A stretch of 64,000 nucleotides of DNA, taken from Bacteroidota bacterium. Its GTDB lineage: Bacteria; Bacteroidota; Bacteroidia; Chitinophagales; LD1. The stretch covers positions 3,092-67,091 of the forward strand of contig CANJVG010000004.1 of NCBI GenBank assembly GCA_947478005.1, in the 5' to 3' direction. The notes below the pieces were generated by a model. That model had not been told where the DNA came from. It saw only the letters and a program-made list of their open reading frames with translations, and searched no databases. Position 1 is the stretch's first letter. Every line of letters starts with the position of its first letter. Both the position numbers and the translations under genes were made by a program. Below are positions 9,341 through 16,696 of this stretch, in pieces.

Positions 9341-9384
9341 CCCTCTTTTTAGTGCCTGGTTAATATTAACCTCTATAAATTCTA

Positions 9385-9891
9385 ATGAGCAATAAAACCA
9401 AATACATACTGACAATTATTTTGACGGTTTGCGGTCTTTTGGTTTATCGCTTTTTGACTAATCCCTATCGTTTTACTAAAGATGATTTTAAACAGGTTTA
9501 TAAAAATGGTGACGCAGCAACACAAGAAAATTATATAGCGCAATGTAAAGCAGAATTTGAGGGCAATCTATTTTTTCCGTTGGGTGATGTAAGTAAAGCA
9601 GTATTTTGCAAAGGATTCTTCTCACTAGACAAGACTTTGGATTCCAACAAAGCAAAAAGGTTAGTAACAATACTTAATGACACAGCCAGTTATATTTGGG
9701 GAGAATCTGGAACATTTCTTCCTGATAGAGCTATAGTGTTTTACGACAAGAACAACAATCCAATTGGCATAACAGAACTTGAAGAAGACGGACGACAAAC
9801 CTATTCTCATCCATATCTAAAGCGAACCAAATGGGGGGCACTTAAAGATAACGCTGTGAATGAAATTAATATGCTGACCACAAGCTTTTGA
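9385..9891 (+). CDS. cassette 3: hypothetical membrane-anchored protein
   Basis: 168 aa with an N-terminal TM helix (YILTIILTVCGLLVYRF). I recognise no family motif. Confidence 0.55.
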   Translation: MSNKTKYILTIILTVCGLLVYRFLTNPYRFTKDDFKQVYKNGDAATQENYIAQCKAEFEGNLFFPLGDVSKAVFCKGFFSLDKTLDSNKAKRLVTILNDTASYIWGESGTFLPDRAIVFYDKNNNPIGITELEEDGRQTYSHPYLKRTKWGALKDNAVNEINMLTTSF

Positions 9892-9896
9892 AATTC

Positions 9897-9946
9897 CGTC
9901 CCCGCAGGCTTTCCACCTCGGAACCCTGCGCGAGTTAAGGGCTAAG
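9897..9946 (+). repeat. C repeat (hairpin CGCAGG...CCTGCG) copy
   Basis: CGTCCCCGCAGGCTTTCCACCTCGGAACCCTGCGCGAGTTAAGGGCTAAG. The same 50-nt element also occurs at 11388, 11641 and 12512, with an expanded copy at 10697. Confidence 0.8.
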
Positions 9947-9950
9947 CCCA

Positions 9951-10020
9951 TCCCCAAAAAATAAAATCCCATCGGGATGATATAGGTTTTTAGATTCGTG
10001 AGGTGAAGCAATAAGCTAGC
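9951..10020 (+). repeat. P repeat copy 4
   Basis: TCCCCAAAAAATAAAATCCCATCGGGATGATATAGGTTTTTAGATTCGTGAGGTGAAGCAATAAGCTAGC. It ends 9 nt before the ATG at 10030. Confidence 0.9.
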
Positions 10021-10029
10021 GGCAAGTTT

Positions 10030-10668
10030 ATGAAACAGACACTTTATATATTCGCAATATTGGTTTGGTTGATGAGTTGTAATAATTCATCAACCAAACC
10101 GACAGAAACAGTTCAAACAAAATTGTTGACTTTGTCCGACTTGAAAAAGGACTTCAAATTTTCGAATCTGACAGAATTTCAAATTGACACATTTAGTTGG
10201 GAAACAAGACCAGGAAAATATAATGAACTTGACAGTTCGACATTTTATATGGTTTGGCAAGACCATAAGAGAACTTTTGCTGGTCAAGGTTACGACAGAG
10301 ATTATTTATTTTCTTGGCAAAATAGGGATTCAAATTTTATAGAGTTTACAATTCTAACTCAGGACGAAAGCGACTACTGCAGCAACATTACTTATTGCAT
10401 TTGCGATAAGGCGGGCAAAGCAATTGACAAATTTGTTGCAAGTTCATCTTGCGGTGACGGTGGTTGGGTATTTGTAGCGTTTGGGAAATTCATTGACAAC
10501 CGGACTTATGAGAAACTTTGTATCGAATCTGAAATGGCTGGAACAGACACACTTGACAACAAAGACTTTCACGAAGGAGATTCAACACTTATTCATTTTA
10601 TTATCGGAGCCAATGGAAAGGTTACTCAGAAAGAGATTTATAAAAAACACTTTACTGACAAATGGTAA
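10030..10668 (+). CDS. cassette 4: hypothetical lipoprotein
   Basis: 212 aa. Lipobox-like ILVWLMSC at the end of a signal peptide. No recognisable family. Confidence 0.6.
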   Translation: MKQTLYIFAILVWLMSCNNSSTKPTETVQTKLLTLSDLKKDFKFSNLTEFQIDTFSWETRPGKYNELDSSTFYMVWQDHKRTFAGQGYDRDYLFSWQNRDSNFIEFTILTQDESDYCSNITYCICDKAGKAIDKFVASSSCGDGGWVFVAFGKFIDNRTYEKLCIESEMAGTDTLDNKDFHEGDSTLIHFIIGANGKVTQKEIYKKHFTDKW

Positions 10669-10696
10669 GAAACCCAGCCTCTAACAGTGGGTTTTG

Positions 10697-10757
10697 TTCC
10701 CCGCAGGCACTCCGCTCCCGAAGCATCGGGAGGCACCCTTCGCGAGTGAAGGGCTAA
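10697..10757 (+). repeat. C repeat copy with internal extra hairpin
   Basis: TTCCCCGCAGGCAC...CGCGAGTGAAGGGCTAA, with an inserted perfect hairpin CTCCCGA-agca-TCGGGAG. Confidence 0.7.
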
Positions 10758-10760
10758 TAA

Positions 10761-10846
10761 ACCAACCAACCACCCCCCAAAAAAAAATAAAATCCCGTCC
10801 GAATGCTATAGGTTTTTAGATTCGTGAGGTGAAGTGATAAGTTAGC
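10761..10846 (+). repeat. P repeat copy 5 (most diverged in 5' half)
   Basis: ACCAACCAACCACCCCCCAAAAAAAAATAAAATCCCGTCCGAATGCTATAGGTTTTTAGATTCGTGAGGTGAAGTGATAAGTTAGC. Confidence 0.85.
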
Positions 10847-10869
10847 GACAAGTTTAAAGACAGACAGCA

Positions 10870-11376
10870 ATGGCAATGACAGAGTTAAACAAACGGCACT
10901 TAATTTCAGACCGTCAACTTATAGACAGTTTAGTAAATCAGTTTTCAGTTGTAAGTAGCGACAGCGAGAATTGGACAAAGACATTTCTTGACAAGACAAC
11001 TAACCAGAATTGGATAAGCTACTATGTTGACACGGCACAGCACGGTGGCGGACACAATGTTCTTGGACGACTTCCCCTTCCTTCGACAGACAAATTAATT
11101 GACATAGCAATTCACTCAGAAAACGAGGATGAAGTATTTGCTGCTTGTCTGACTTTGACAGACAATGAAGAGTTAAGAAAACAAGATTTTCGTATAGCAC
11201 TTATTGACAAACTTGAAGTCTTACAAGACAAAGACAGACAGAAAAAAGTAGTTGAACTTACAGGACTTTCTTCACTCCTAAACAGACAAGATATTTTAGG
11301 AAAGAATTCCGGTCAAATAGAAACTGATGCTTATTATTACAAGCAAATTGCTGACCGAGCGGCCAAATTAAAATGA
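10870..11376 (+). CDS. cassette 5: hypothetical cytoplasmic protein, immunity-protein-like
   Basis: 168 aa, no signal peptide. The motif ENWTKTFLDKTTNQNWISYYVDTAQHGGGHNVLGRLPLP resembles conserved cores of polymorphic-toxin immunity families. This is from memory, not a search. Confidence 0.55.
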   Translation: MAMTELNKRHLISDRQLIDSLVNQFSVVSSDSENWTKTFLDKTTNQNWISYYVDTAQHGGGHNVLGRLPLPSTDKLIDIAIHSENEDEVFAACLTLTDNEELRKQDFRIALIDKLEVLQDKDRQKKVVELTGLSSLLNRQDILGKNSGQIETDAYYYKQIADRAAKLK

Positions 11377-11387
11377 TAATGACTCCT

Positions 11388-11437
11388 CTTCCCCGCAGGC
11401 TCTCCACCTCGGCACCCTGCGCGAGTGAAGGGCTAAG
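11388..11437 (+). repeat. C repeat copy
   Basis: CTTCCCCGCAGGCTCTCCACCTCGGCACCCTGCGCGAGTGAAGGGCTAAG. Confidence 0.8.
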
Positions 11438-11538
11438 TTTTGCCTTTGTTGTTTAGTCCCCCCTCTGCTGCACCTCCCCAACAACCCAAGCGATGAGAAG
11501 ACAGCAGTTTGCCTTTAAGCCCTGAAAGGGCGCCATCC
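11438..11538 (+). repeat. A repeat copy 1 (101 nt)
   Basis: Near-identical to 12562-12662. Internal inverted repeats CTGCTG...CAGCAG and GCCCT-gaa-AGGGC. Confidence 0.85.
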
Positions 11539-11640
11539 CCCTGTTCTTCAAAGTCTTCCGGCTCTGCGGATGACTTCGAAGTTCTTATGAAAGTTCAAAG
11601 TCTGTGACTTTGAAAAGCCACAGCGAAACAGGCCTAGCTT
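11539..11640 (+). repeat. B repeat copy 1 (~102 nt)
   Basis: Near-identical to 12410-12511. Contains a perfect hairpin TTCAAAGTC-tgt-GACTTTGAA. Confidence 0.85.
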
Positions 11641-11690
11641 CGTCCCCGCAGGTTCTCCGCCTCGGCACCCAGCGCGAGTGAAAGGCTAAG
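11641..11690 (+). repeat. C repeat copy
   Basis: CGTCCCCGCAGGTTCTCCGCCTCGGCACCCAGCGCGAGTGAAAGGCTAAG. Confidence 0.8.
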
Positions 11691-11702
11691 AAGTCAACCT
11701 CT

Positions 11703-11764
11703 CCCCCCAAAAAAAAACAAAATCCCATCGGGATGATATAGGTTTTTAGATTCGTGAGGTGAAG
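11703..11764 (+). repeat. P repeat copy 6
   Basis: CCCCCCAAAAAAAAACAAAATCCCATCGGGATGATATAGGTTTTTAGATTCGTGAGGTGAAG. The 3' tail after GAAG diverges from the other copies. Confidence 0.85.
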
Positions 11765-11822
11765 ACGACCATATTAAGTAGATTTGTCTCATACTTTTAG
11801 CCAAAGCTAATAGTTATGCGTC

Positions 11823-12404
11823 ATGCTAATGAAGACAACAGTAATAATATGGACATTTATGACCGCTTTCAGTTGCAATACTGCATTTGGACAGACGACT
11901 TATGAATTAAGGGGCAAGTTGACAGACTGTTTAGACAGTAAACCACTTATTCTCGGACACATGTTTCTCAAGCAAGGTGATAGCCTTGTTCAGACCGTTC
12001 CAATTGACGATAAAGGACAATTTAATTTTAAAGAACTCAGCCCTGGGAACTATCAATTGGAAACCTATTATTTTTATTATCCAATCAAAGGACAAGATAT
12101 TGCAGTTCCCAGCGACACCACAGTTGCTATTTGCGTCTCGGAAGGAAATCCAGACAGTCTTTTAAACACATATAAGCTCAGACACAGTTACACAATTTTT
12201 GATTATGGACTTTCCGCTTATTCAGATGAAGACCTAAATACAGTTGGTCAACAATATGGTGTTAAGTGGCAAAATCTGGGTTGTGTTTCTGATGACAGGT
12301 TTGACAAATACAATAAAGTAATTGAGAAAATACTTGCTTATAGAAATGGGAAAGATTGGAAGAATAAGTTTTGGAATGAAGTAAAGCAAAAGTATGGTAA
12401 TTGA
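11823..12404 (+). CDS. cassette 6: hypothetical secreted protein with carboxypeptidase-regulatory-like N-domain
   Basis: 193 aa. Signal peptide (TVIIWTFMTAFSCNTAFGQ), then a beta-sandwich-like stretch YELRGKLTD...GQFNFKELSPGNYQLETYY. An alternative ATG is at 11829. Confidence 0.6.
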   Translation: MLMKTTVIIWTFMTAFSCNTAFGQTTYELRGKLTDCLDSKPLILGHMFLKQGDSLVQTVPIDDKGQFNFKELSPGNYQLETYYFYYPIKGQDIAVPSDTTVAICVSEGNPDSLLNTYKLRHSYTIFDYGLSAYSDEDLNTVGQQYGVKWQNLGCVSDDRFDKYNKVIEKILAYRNGKDWKNKFWNEVKQKYGN

Positions 12405-12409
12405 GAAAG

Positions 12410-12511
12410 CCCTGTTCTTCAAAGTCTTCCGGCTCTGCGGATGACTTCGAAGTTCTTATGAAAGTTCAAAGTCTGTGACTTTGAAAAGCCAAAGCGAAAC
12501 AGGCATAGCTT
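12410..12511 (+). repeat. B repeat copy 2
   Basis: Matches 11539-11640 with only a few substitutions. It starts 6 nt after the cassette 6 stop. Confidence 0.85.
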
Positions 12512-12561
12512 CGTCCCCGCAGCCTCTCCGCCTCTGCACTCTGCGCGAGTGAAGAGTTACG
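12512..12561 (+). repeat. C repeat copy
   Basis: CGTCCCCGCAGCCTCTCCGCCTCTGCACTCTGCGCGAGTGAAGAGTTACG. Confidence 0.75.
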
Positions 12562-12662
12562 TTTTGCCCTTGTTGTTTAGTCCCCATTCTGCTGCACCTC
12601 CCCAACAACCCAAGCGATGAGAAGACGGCAGTTTGCTTTCAAGCCCTGAAAGGGCGCCATCC
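12562..12662 (+). repeat. A repeat copy 2
   Basis: Matches 11438-11538. It is followed by the hairpin AACAGGGC-gca-GCCCTGTT. Confidence 0.85.
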
Positions 12663-12760
12663 ACTAACACAGGGCGCAGCCCTGTTAAAACCACGCCTTT
12701 TCCTGTTAAATTCACCAATTCCACTGCAAAACCTCATTCACCCTTCCCAAAAGTAAAAAA

Positions 12761-13020
12761 GGAGCTCTCTGGGTAAGAGTGGGAAGACGCTGGGTAAGAC
12801 CGGGAGCTCCTTGGGTAAGAGCGGGAAGGCGCTGGGTATGAGCGGGAGCTCGCTGGGTAAGGGCGGGAAGGCGTTGGGTATGAGCGGGAGCTCACTGGGT
12901 AAGGGCGGGAAGACCCTGGATATGAGCGGGAGCTCAATGGGTAAAGGCGGCAAGGCGCTGGGTATGAGCGGGAGCTCTCTGGGTAAAGGCGGGAAGACGC
13001 TGGGTAAGACCGGTTGTGCA
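12761..13020. repeat. 21-bp (alternating 42-bp) tandem repeat, 12 units
   Basis: Units CTGGGTAAGGGCGGGAAGGCG and CTGGGTATGAGCGGGAGCTCG alternate from 12769 to 13020. Several frames on both strands are open, which explains ORF-track entries 12734-13031 and the 5' part of 12811-13587. Confidence 0.9.
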
Positions 13021-13227
13021 ATGGCTAACACAGAAAAACTCCTCCATAAACACCATCACCTTCACTTCATAATCAAACCATCAAACCCTCAAACGTCAAA
13101 CTCTCCCTTCATCATCAAATCATCAAATCACCAAATTATCAAATCCTCCCCACCCTCATTTCGCCATTTCAAATTCTTGATTTATTTTAGCCATACCAAT
13201 GAATATACCCCCCTAAACGCCACTGTT

Positions 13228-13587
13228 ATGGGAAAACACAAAAAGCCCGCGACCCTCCGAAACCTCTTTAAATGCGCCAATGTCATAGGCGGACAAGCCT
13301 TTGGCATCGAACCAATGGTTCGTGATAAACGTTCTGTCCGCGAAGTCCTCAACGCCACCTTAGCATTTGTGGGTGCTGCAAAATCACTCGAAAAAAATCA
13401 AGCAGAACCCATCGCTCGAAAACACCTCATCACCTATCTCAACCAGCTTTCCGAACTCGAAAACAAATCTCCCGAATTCGAAAATTTCATAGCTGAAACC
13501 CGGAAAAAAATCCCTCAGTTCAACCTCAAGCAAATCAACAATGCCCTCTACCATTTAGAGCAGTTTGAGTATCTCCTCAAGCACTGA
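13228..13587 (+). CDS. hypothetical protein (119 aa)
   Basis: The ORF 12811-13587 is trimmed to the first ATG after the tandem and low-complexity repeats (MGKHKKPATLRNLF...). Helical and charged. No family recognised. Confidence 0.45.
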   Translation: MGKHKKPATLRNLFKCANVIGGQAFGIEPMVRDKRSVREVLNATLAFVGAAKSLEKNQAEPIARKHLITYLNQLSELENKSPEFENFIAETRKKIPQFNLKQINNALYHLEQFEYLLKH

Positions 13588-13706
13588 ACTTTCTTCGTCA
13601 AAAAATATTTTTACCTCGCCTCTTGACAAATACCCTACCCCACTCCGCAATATTTGTCCATGTTTTTTTTCAAATCATAATTTCTAAAAATTAAAAACGA
13701 AAAATC

Positions 13707-14954
13707 ATGAAACAAACTCAAATCAACCAACTGACCGCAGCAGAAACCACCGTTAGCTTCTGCGAAACAGCTCCCTCGGTAGCTGCCACATCTTCTATCA
13801 CCAATTTTGCGCCTACGGTAGCGCTCATCAAGAGTAAGATAGTGATAGTGAAAAACTACATTATACTCGGTGATAAACCCATTAAAGGGATTACGCTGAA
13901 TGTAAAAGACATTCGGGCTTCGATGATAGAGCATACCTATGCTTTGGCGAGTGCCATCGTAGCCTTTGCGGCTTCTTCTACTCCGGTAGATAAAGACCTG
14001 ATTGACCAGGCTAAATTTTCGAAAAGCTACCTCGAAGATTTATCGAAAACAAAATGCGCGACTGAATGCGACCGCATCCGCCAATTGGCTTCGGCCAATG
14101 CTGCGGGTATCCTTGGTTTCGGGGTGTCGGCTACCGATATAACCGATACAGGCGCCTTGGTTACTCTTTACCTCACCGGCATAAACGACCCTCGCGCAGC
14201 GATAGTGTCACGAACAAGCGCCAAGAAGCAGGCAAACCTCACGCTTAAAGATATTATGGATAATCTTTTGGCTTTGCAATTGGATACAATGGCTAATACT
14301 CTTCGTTTTAAAAACGCAGAATGGTGGGGACAATATCACCAAAGCAGAGAAGTGATTGACCTCGGCAAAACATTTACCAAGCTGCGCGCCACCATCACCG
14401 ACCAATTAGGTGCTCCGGTAAAGAACGCTGTGGCTTCCTTGTTGCAGTTGGGTGTGGTGATGTATAAAAAGAAGACCGATATAGAAGGCAAAGTATCTAT
14501 CATCAAAATTAAACCCGGCAACTACGATTTGAAGGTAGAGAAAACCAATTATGTAACGCAAGACATCCTCGACCTGCACTTTGCCCCCGGCAGCGAAAAA
14601 ATTTATCCGGTTACCCTGCCTGCCAAAACCAGCGGCACTACACCCGTTGACCCTCCGGGTTTTGTAATGCAGGATTTCAATATTCCTTCAGGCGGCTCGG
14701 TTACGGTTCCTATCGATGGCGCACCTCCTATTCCGGGCACTATGCAGATATACCTCTATTGCGGCAATGGCACTGCGGATGTTTGCACCACCAATATGCC
14801 GGCCAGCCCTTGCACTGTGGGGTTTTCATTAGTTCAAGGGGTTGCCTACTTAGGCACCACGGGTGGCCTTGGGCTCGACCTTACCAAAACCCATCTTCAG
14901 TTCACCAACAATGGCCCTGCTGAAATCACAGTAAGAGTCGGAGCGCTGCCATAG
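13707..14954 (+). CDS. hypothetical protein with carboxypeptidase-regulatory-like beta-sandwich domain
   Basis: 415 aa. An N-terminal helical region, then TDIEGKVSIIKIKPGNYDLKVEKTNYVTQ (CarboxypepD_reg-like) and a Pro/Gly-rich C-terminus. No signal peptide is evident. Confidence 0.55.
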   Translation: MKQTQINQLTAAETTVSFCETAPSVAATSSITNFAPTVALIKSKIVIVKNYIILGDKPIKGITLNVKDIRASMIEHTYALASAIVAFAASSTPVDKDLIDQAKFSKSYLEDLSKTKCATECDRIRQLASANAAGILGFGVSATDITDTGALVTLYLTGINDPRAAIVSRTSAKKQANLTLKDIMDNLLALQLDTMANTLRFKNAEWWGQYHQSREVIDLGKTFTKLRATITDQLGAPVKNAVASLLQLGVVMYKKKTDIEGKVSIIKIKPGNYDLKVEKTNYVTQDILDLHFAPGSEKIYPVTLPAKTSGTTPVDPPGFVMQDFNIPSGGSVTVPIDGAPPIPGTMQIYLYCGNGTADVCTTNMPASPCTVGFSLVQGVAYLGTTGGLGLDLTKTHLQFTNNGPAEITVRVGALP

Positions 14955-15128
14955 CCATCTCAGGCCGCGCCACTACCAATACCCTTGCAACAAAGCGGGC
15001 AGCGCCCTTGTTGCAGGGGTATTAAACAACCCCAATCCCCTTAGTTTTCAAGCTGTTTGTCTCCCTGCCTTTTTATCTCCCGATAACTAATCGCAGGCTT
15101 ATTTACATTTGCCCTACAATCTTACAGC

Positions 15129-16310
15129 ATGAAACTGACCTTCCCACCCGATTTCGTTTTCGGCACCTCCACAGCCGCCTATCAAATTGAAACAGCTTTT
15201 GAGCACGAATGGTTGGGAGTAAAATCCAAAGACGGTCATATTTTCGACCGCACTTGCGACCATGAAAAAAGATTCGTAGAAGATGCAGCCATCATCGCCC
15301 ACTGCGCCCCGGCCTATCGCATGAGCCTGATGTGGAGCAAACTCCAGCGCGCCCCCTTCGCCCCCTTGCATCCCGAAACTGTGCAGGAATACAAAGAGTT
15401 CTTGGAGGATTTGAAGAGGAGAGGAGTGAAGATTATGATGGTGCTCCATCACTTCACCAATCCCCTCTGGTTTGCCGCTAAAGGAAACTGGGAACAAAAA
15501 GAAAACATAGCCATGTGGGTCGATTTTGCCAAGAAGGTAGTAGATGAGTTTGGCGATTATGTCAGTTGGTGGAACACCTTCAATGAACCCAATGTATATA
15601 CCAGCGGAGCCTATCTGCTGGGCGAGTTTCCTCCTTTTAAACAAAACCTATGGAAGGCGTTTAAAGTCATTGATAACCTCGGTGCCGCCCACCATCTTAT
15701 GTACGATTATATCAAGCAGAAATACCCTACCCAACCGGTCGGCATCAGTCACAACACGGTTCTTTTCGCCCACGAAAATCTGCTCGGCATTCTCCCCGAA
15801 AAAATATCCGATTGGTGGTTCATGGAGCGATGCTTAAAACCCTTTGCGGCCAAGCTCGATTTCTTCGGCATGAGTTACTATTGCAAAATGTCCCACGACC
15901 CTTTCCCCATAAATTATATGGACACGCCCGAAAAGTTTGCCAGGTACAACAAACCCCATGACGATATGTGGGAATACTATCCCGCTGGCTTAGGCGAAAT
16001 AATGGAACGCTATTGGAATCAGTTCCATCTGCCCATGATTATTACCGAAAGCGGTGTTTGCACCACCAACGATAAACAGCGCATTGGCGCTATGAAAGAT
16101 TACGTCCAGGTAGTGAACGACTGCATGCAAAAAGGAATGGATGTGCGCGGCTATTATTGGTGGAGCACCTTCGACAACTTCGAGTGGCATCTGGGGCCCA
16201 CCTATCGTTTCGGCCTCTATGAAACCGACATTGAAACCAAGAACCGAACCAAGCGACCAAGTGCCGATGTTTACCATCAATTAGCCTACAACAAGACAAT
16301 CGAACTTTAG
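15129..16310 (+). CDS. glycoside hydrolase family 1 (beta-glucosidase-like), short form
   Basis: 393 aa. FPPDFVFGTSTAAYQIE, TFNEPNVY (acid/base Glu), MIITESG (nucleophile Glu) and WSTFDNFEWHLGPTYRFGLY. Confidence 0.8.
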   Translation: MKLTFPPDFVFGTSTAAYQIETAFEHEWLGVKSKDGHIFDRTCDHEKRFVEDAAIIAHCAPAYRMSLMWSKLQRAPFAPLHPETVQEYKEFLEDLKRRGVKIMMVLHHFTNPLWFAAKGNWEQKENIAMWVDFAKKVVDEFGDYVSWWNTFNEPNVYTSGAYLLGEFPPFKQNLWKAFKVIDNLGAAHHLMYDYIKQKYPTQPVGISHNTVLFAHENLLGILPEKISDWWFMERCLKPFAAKLDFFGMSYYCKMSHDPFPINYMDTPEKFARYNKPHDDMWEYYPAGLGEIMERYWNQFHLPMIITESGVCTTNDKQRIGAMKDYVQVVNDCMQKGMDVRGYYWWSTFDNFEWHLGPTYRFGLYETDIETKNRTKRPSADVYHQLAYNKTIEL

Positions 16311-16324
16311 AACGGCAACTTTCT

Positions 16325-16549
16325 CTATTGCTCTTCCAAACTGCGTAGATACATCTCCTCCACTTTTTTGCGCGCCCAGGGCGTTTTGCGTAGAAACACG
16401 AGGCTTGACTTTATACTCGGGTCCAACACAAAACAGCGGATATTCACCTCACGTCCCATTTCCTCCCAACCAAGCTGTTCGACCAAATGGCGCAGTATAT
16501 TTTCGAGCGTAATGCCGTGCAAAGGATTATTGGGTTGCGGTTTTTCCAT
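16325..16549 (-). CDS. DUF2132 / VF530-family small DNA-binding-like protein
   Basis: 74 aa. [25 protein letters not shown]...[17 protein letters not shown] matches my recollection of the VF530 family. Confidence 0.6.
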   Translation of the reverse strand: MEKPQPNNPLHGITLENILRHLVEQLGWEEMGREVNIRCFVLDPSIKSSLVFLRKTPWARKKVEEMYLRSLEEQ

Positions 16550-16639
16550 GAGTTACTTTTCTTGGATTCGAAGATACGAACAAGCCTTGTAAAAAGAAGT
16601 CTAATCACACTTCAAATTTAGGTAGACCCCTGTGGGCAT

Positions 16640-16677
16640 AAAAAAAAGCGCCTCGAATTCGAAGCGCCTTTTTTATT
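16640..16677. terminator. bidirectional rho-independent terminator (downstream of secDF)
   Basis: A8-GCGCCTCGAATTCGAAGCGC-T6: a hairpin with one mismatch, flanked by A and T runs, 20 nt past the secDF stop. Confidence 0.75.
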
Positions 16678-16696
16678 TATAATCTCCTGCTATCTC

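Noticed and set aside
7671-12404. Classical integron
   Set aside because: No IntI-type integrase or attI is in the window. The P element lies 5' of each gene and lacks the recognisable attC architecture (R''/L''...L'/R' with GTTRRRY). Only the general cassette-array logic is shared.
12734-13031. ORF-track proteins spanning the 21-bp array (12734-13021 and 12738-13031 minus strand, 5' part of 12811-13587 plus strand)
   Set aside because: Several frames on both strands are open purely because the G-rich repeat lacks stop codons. The translations are 7-aa periodic low-complexity strings with no start context.
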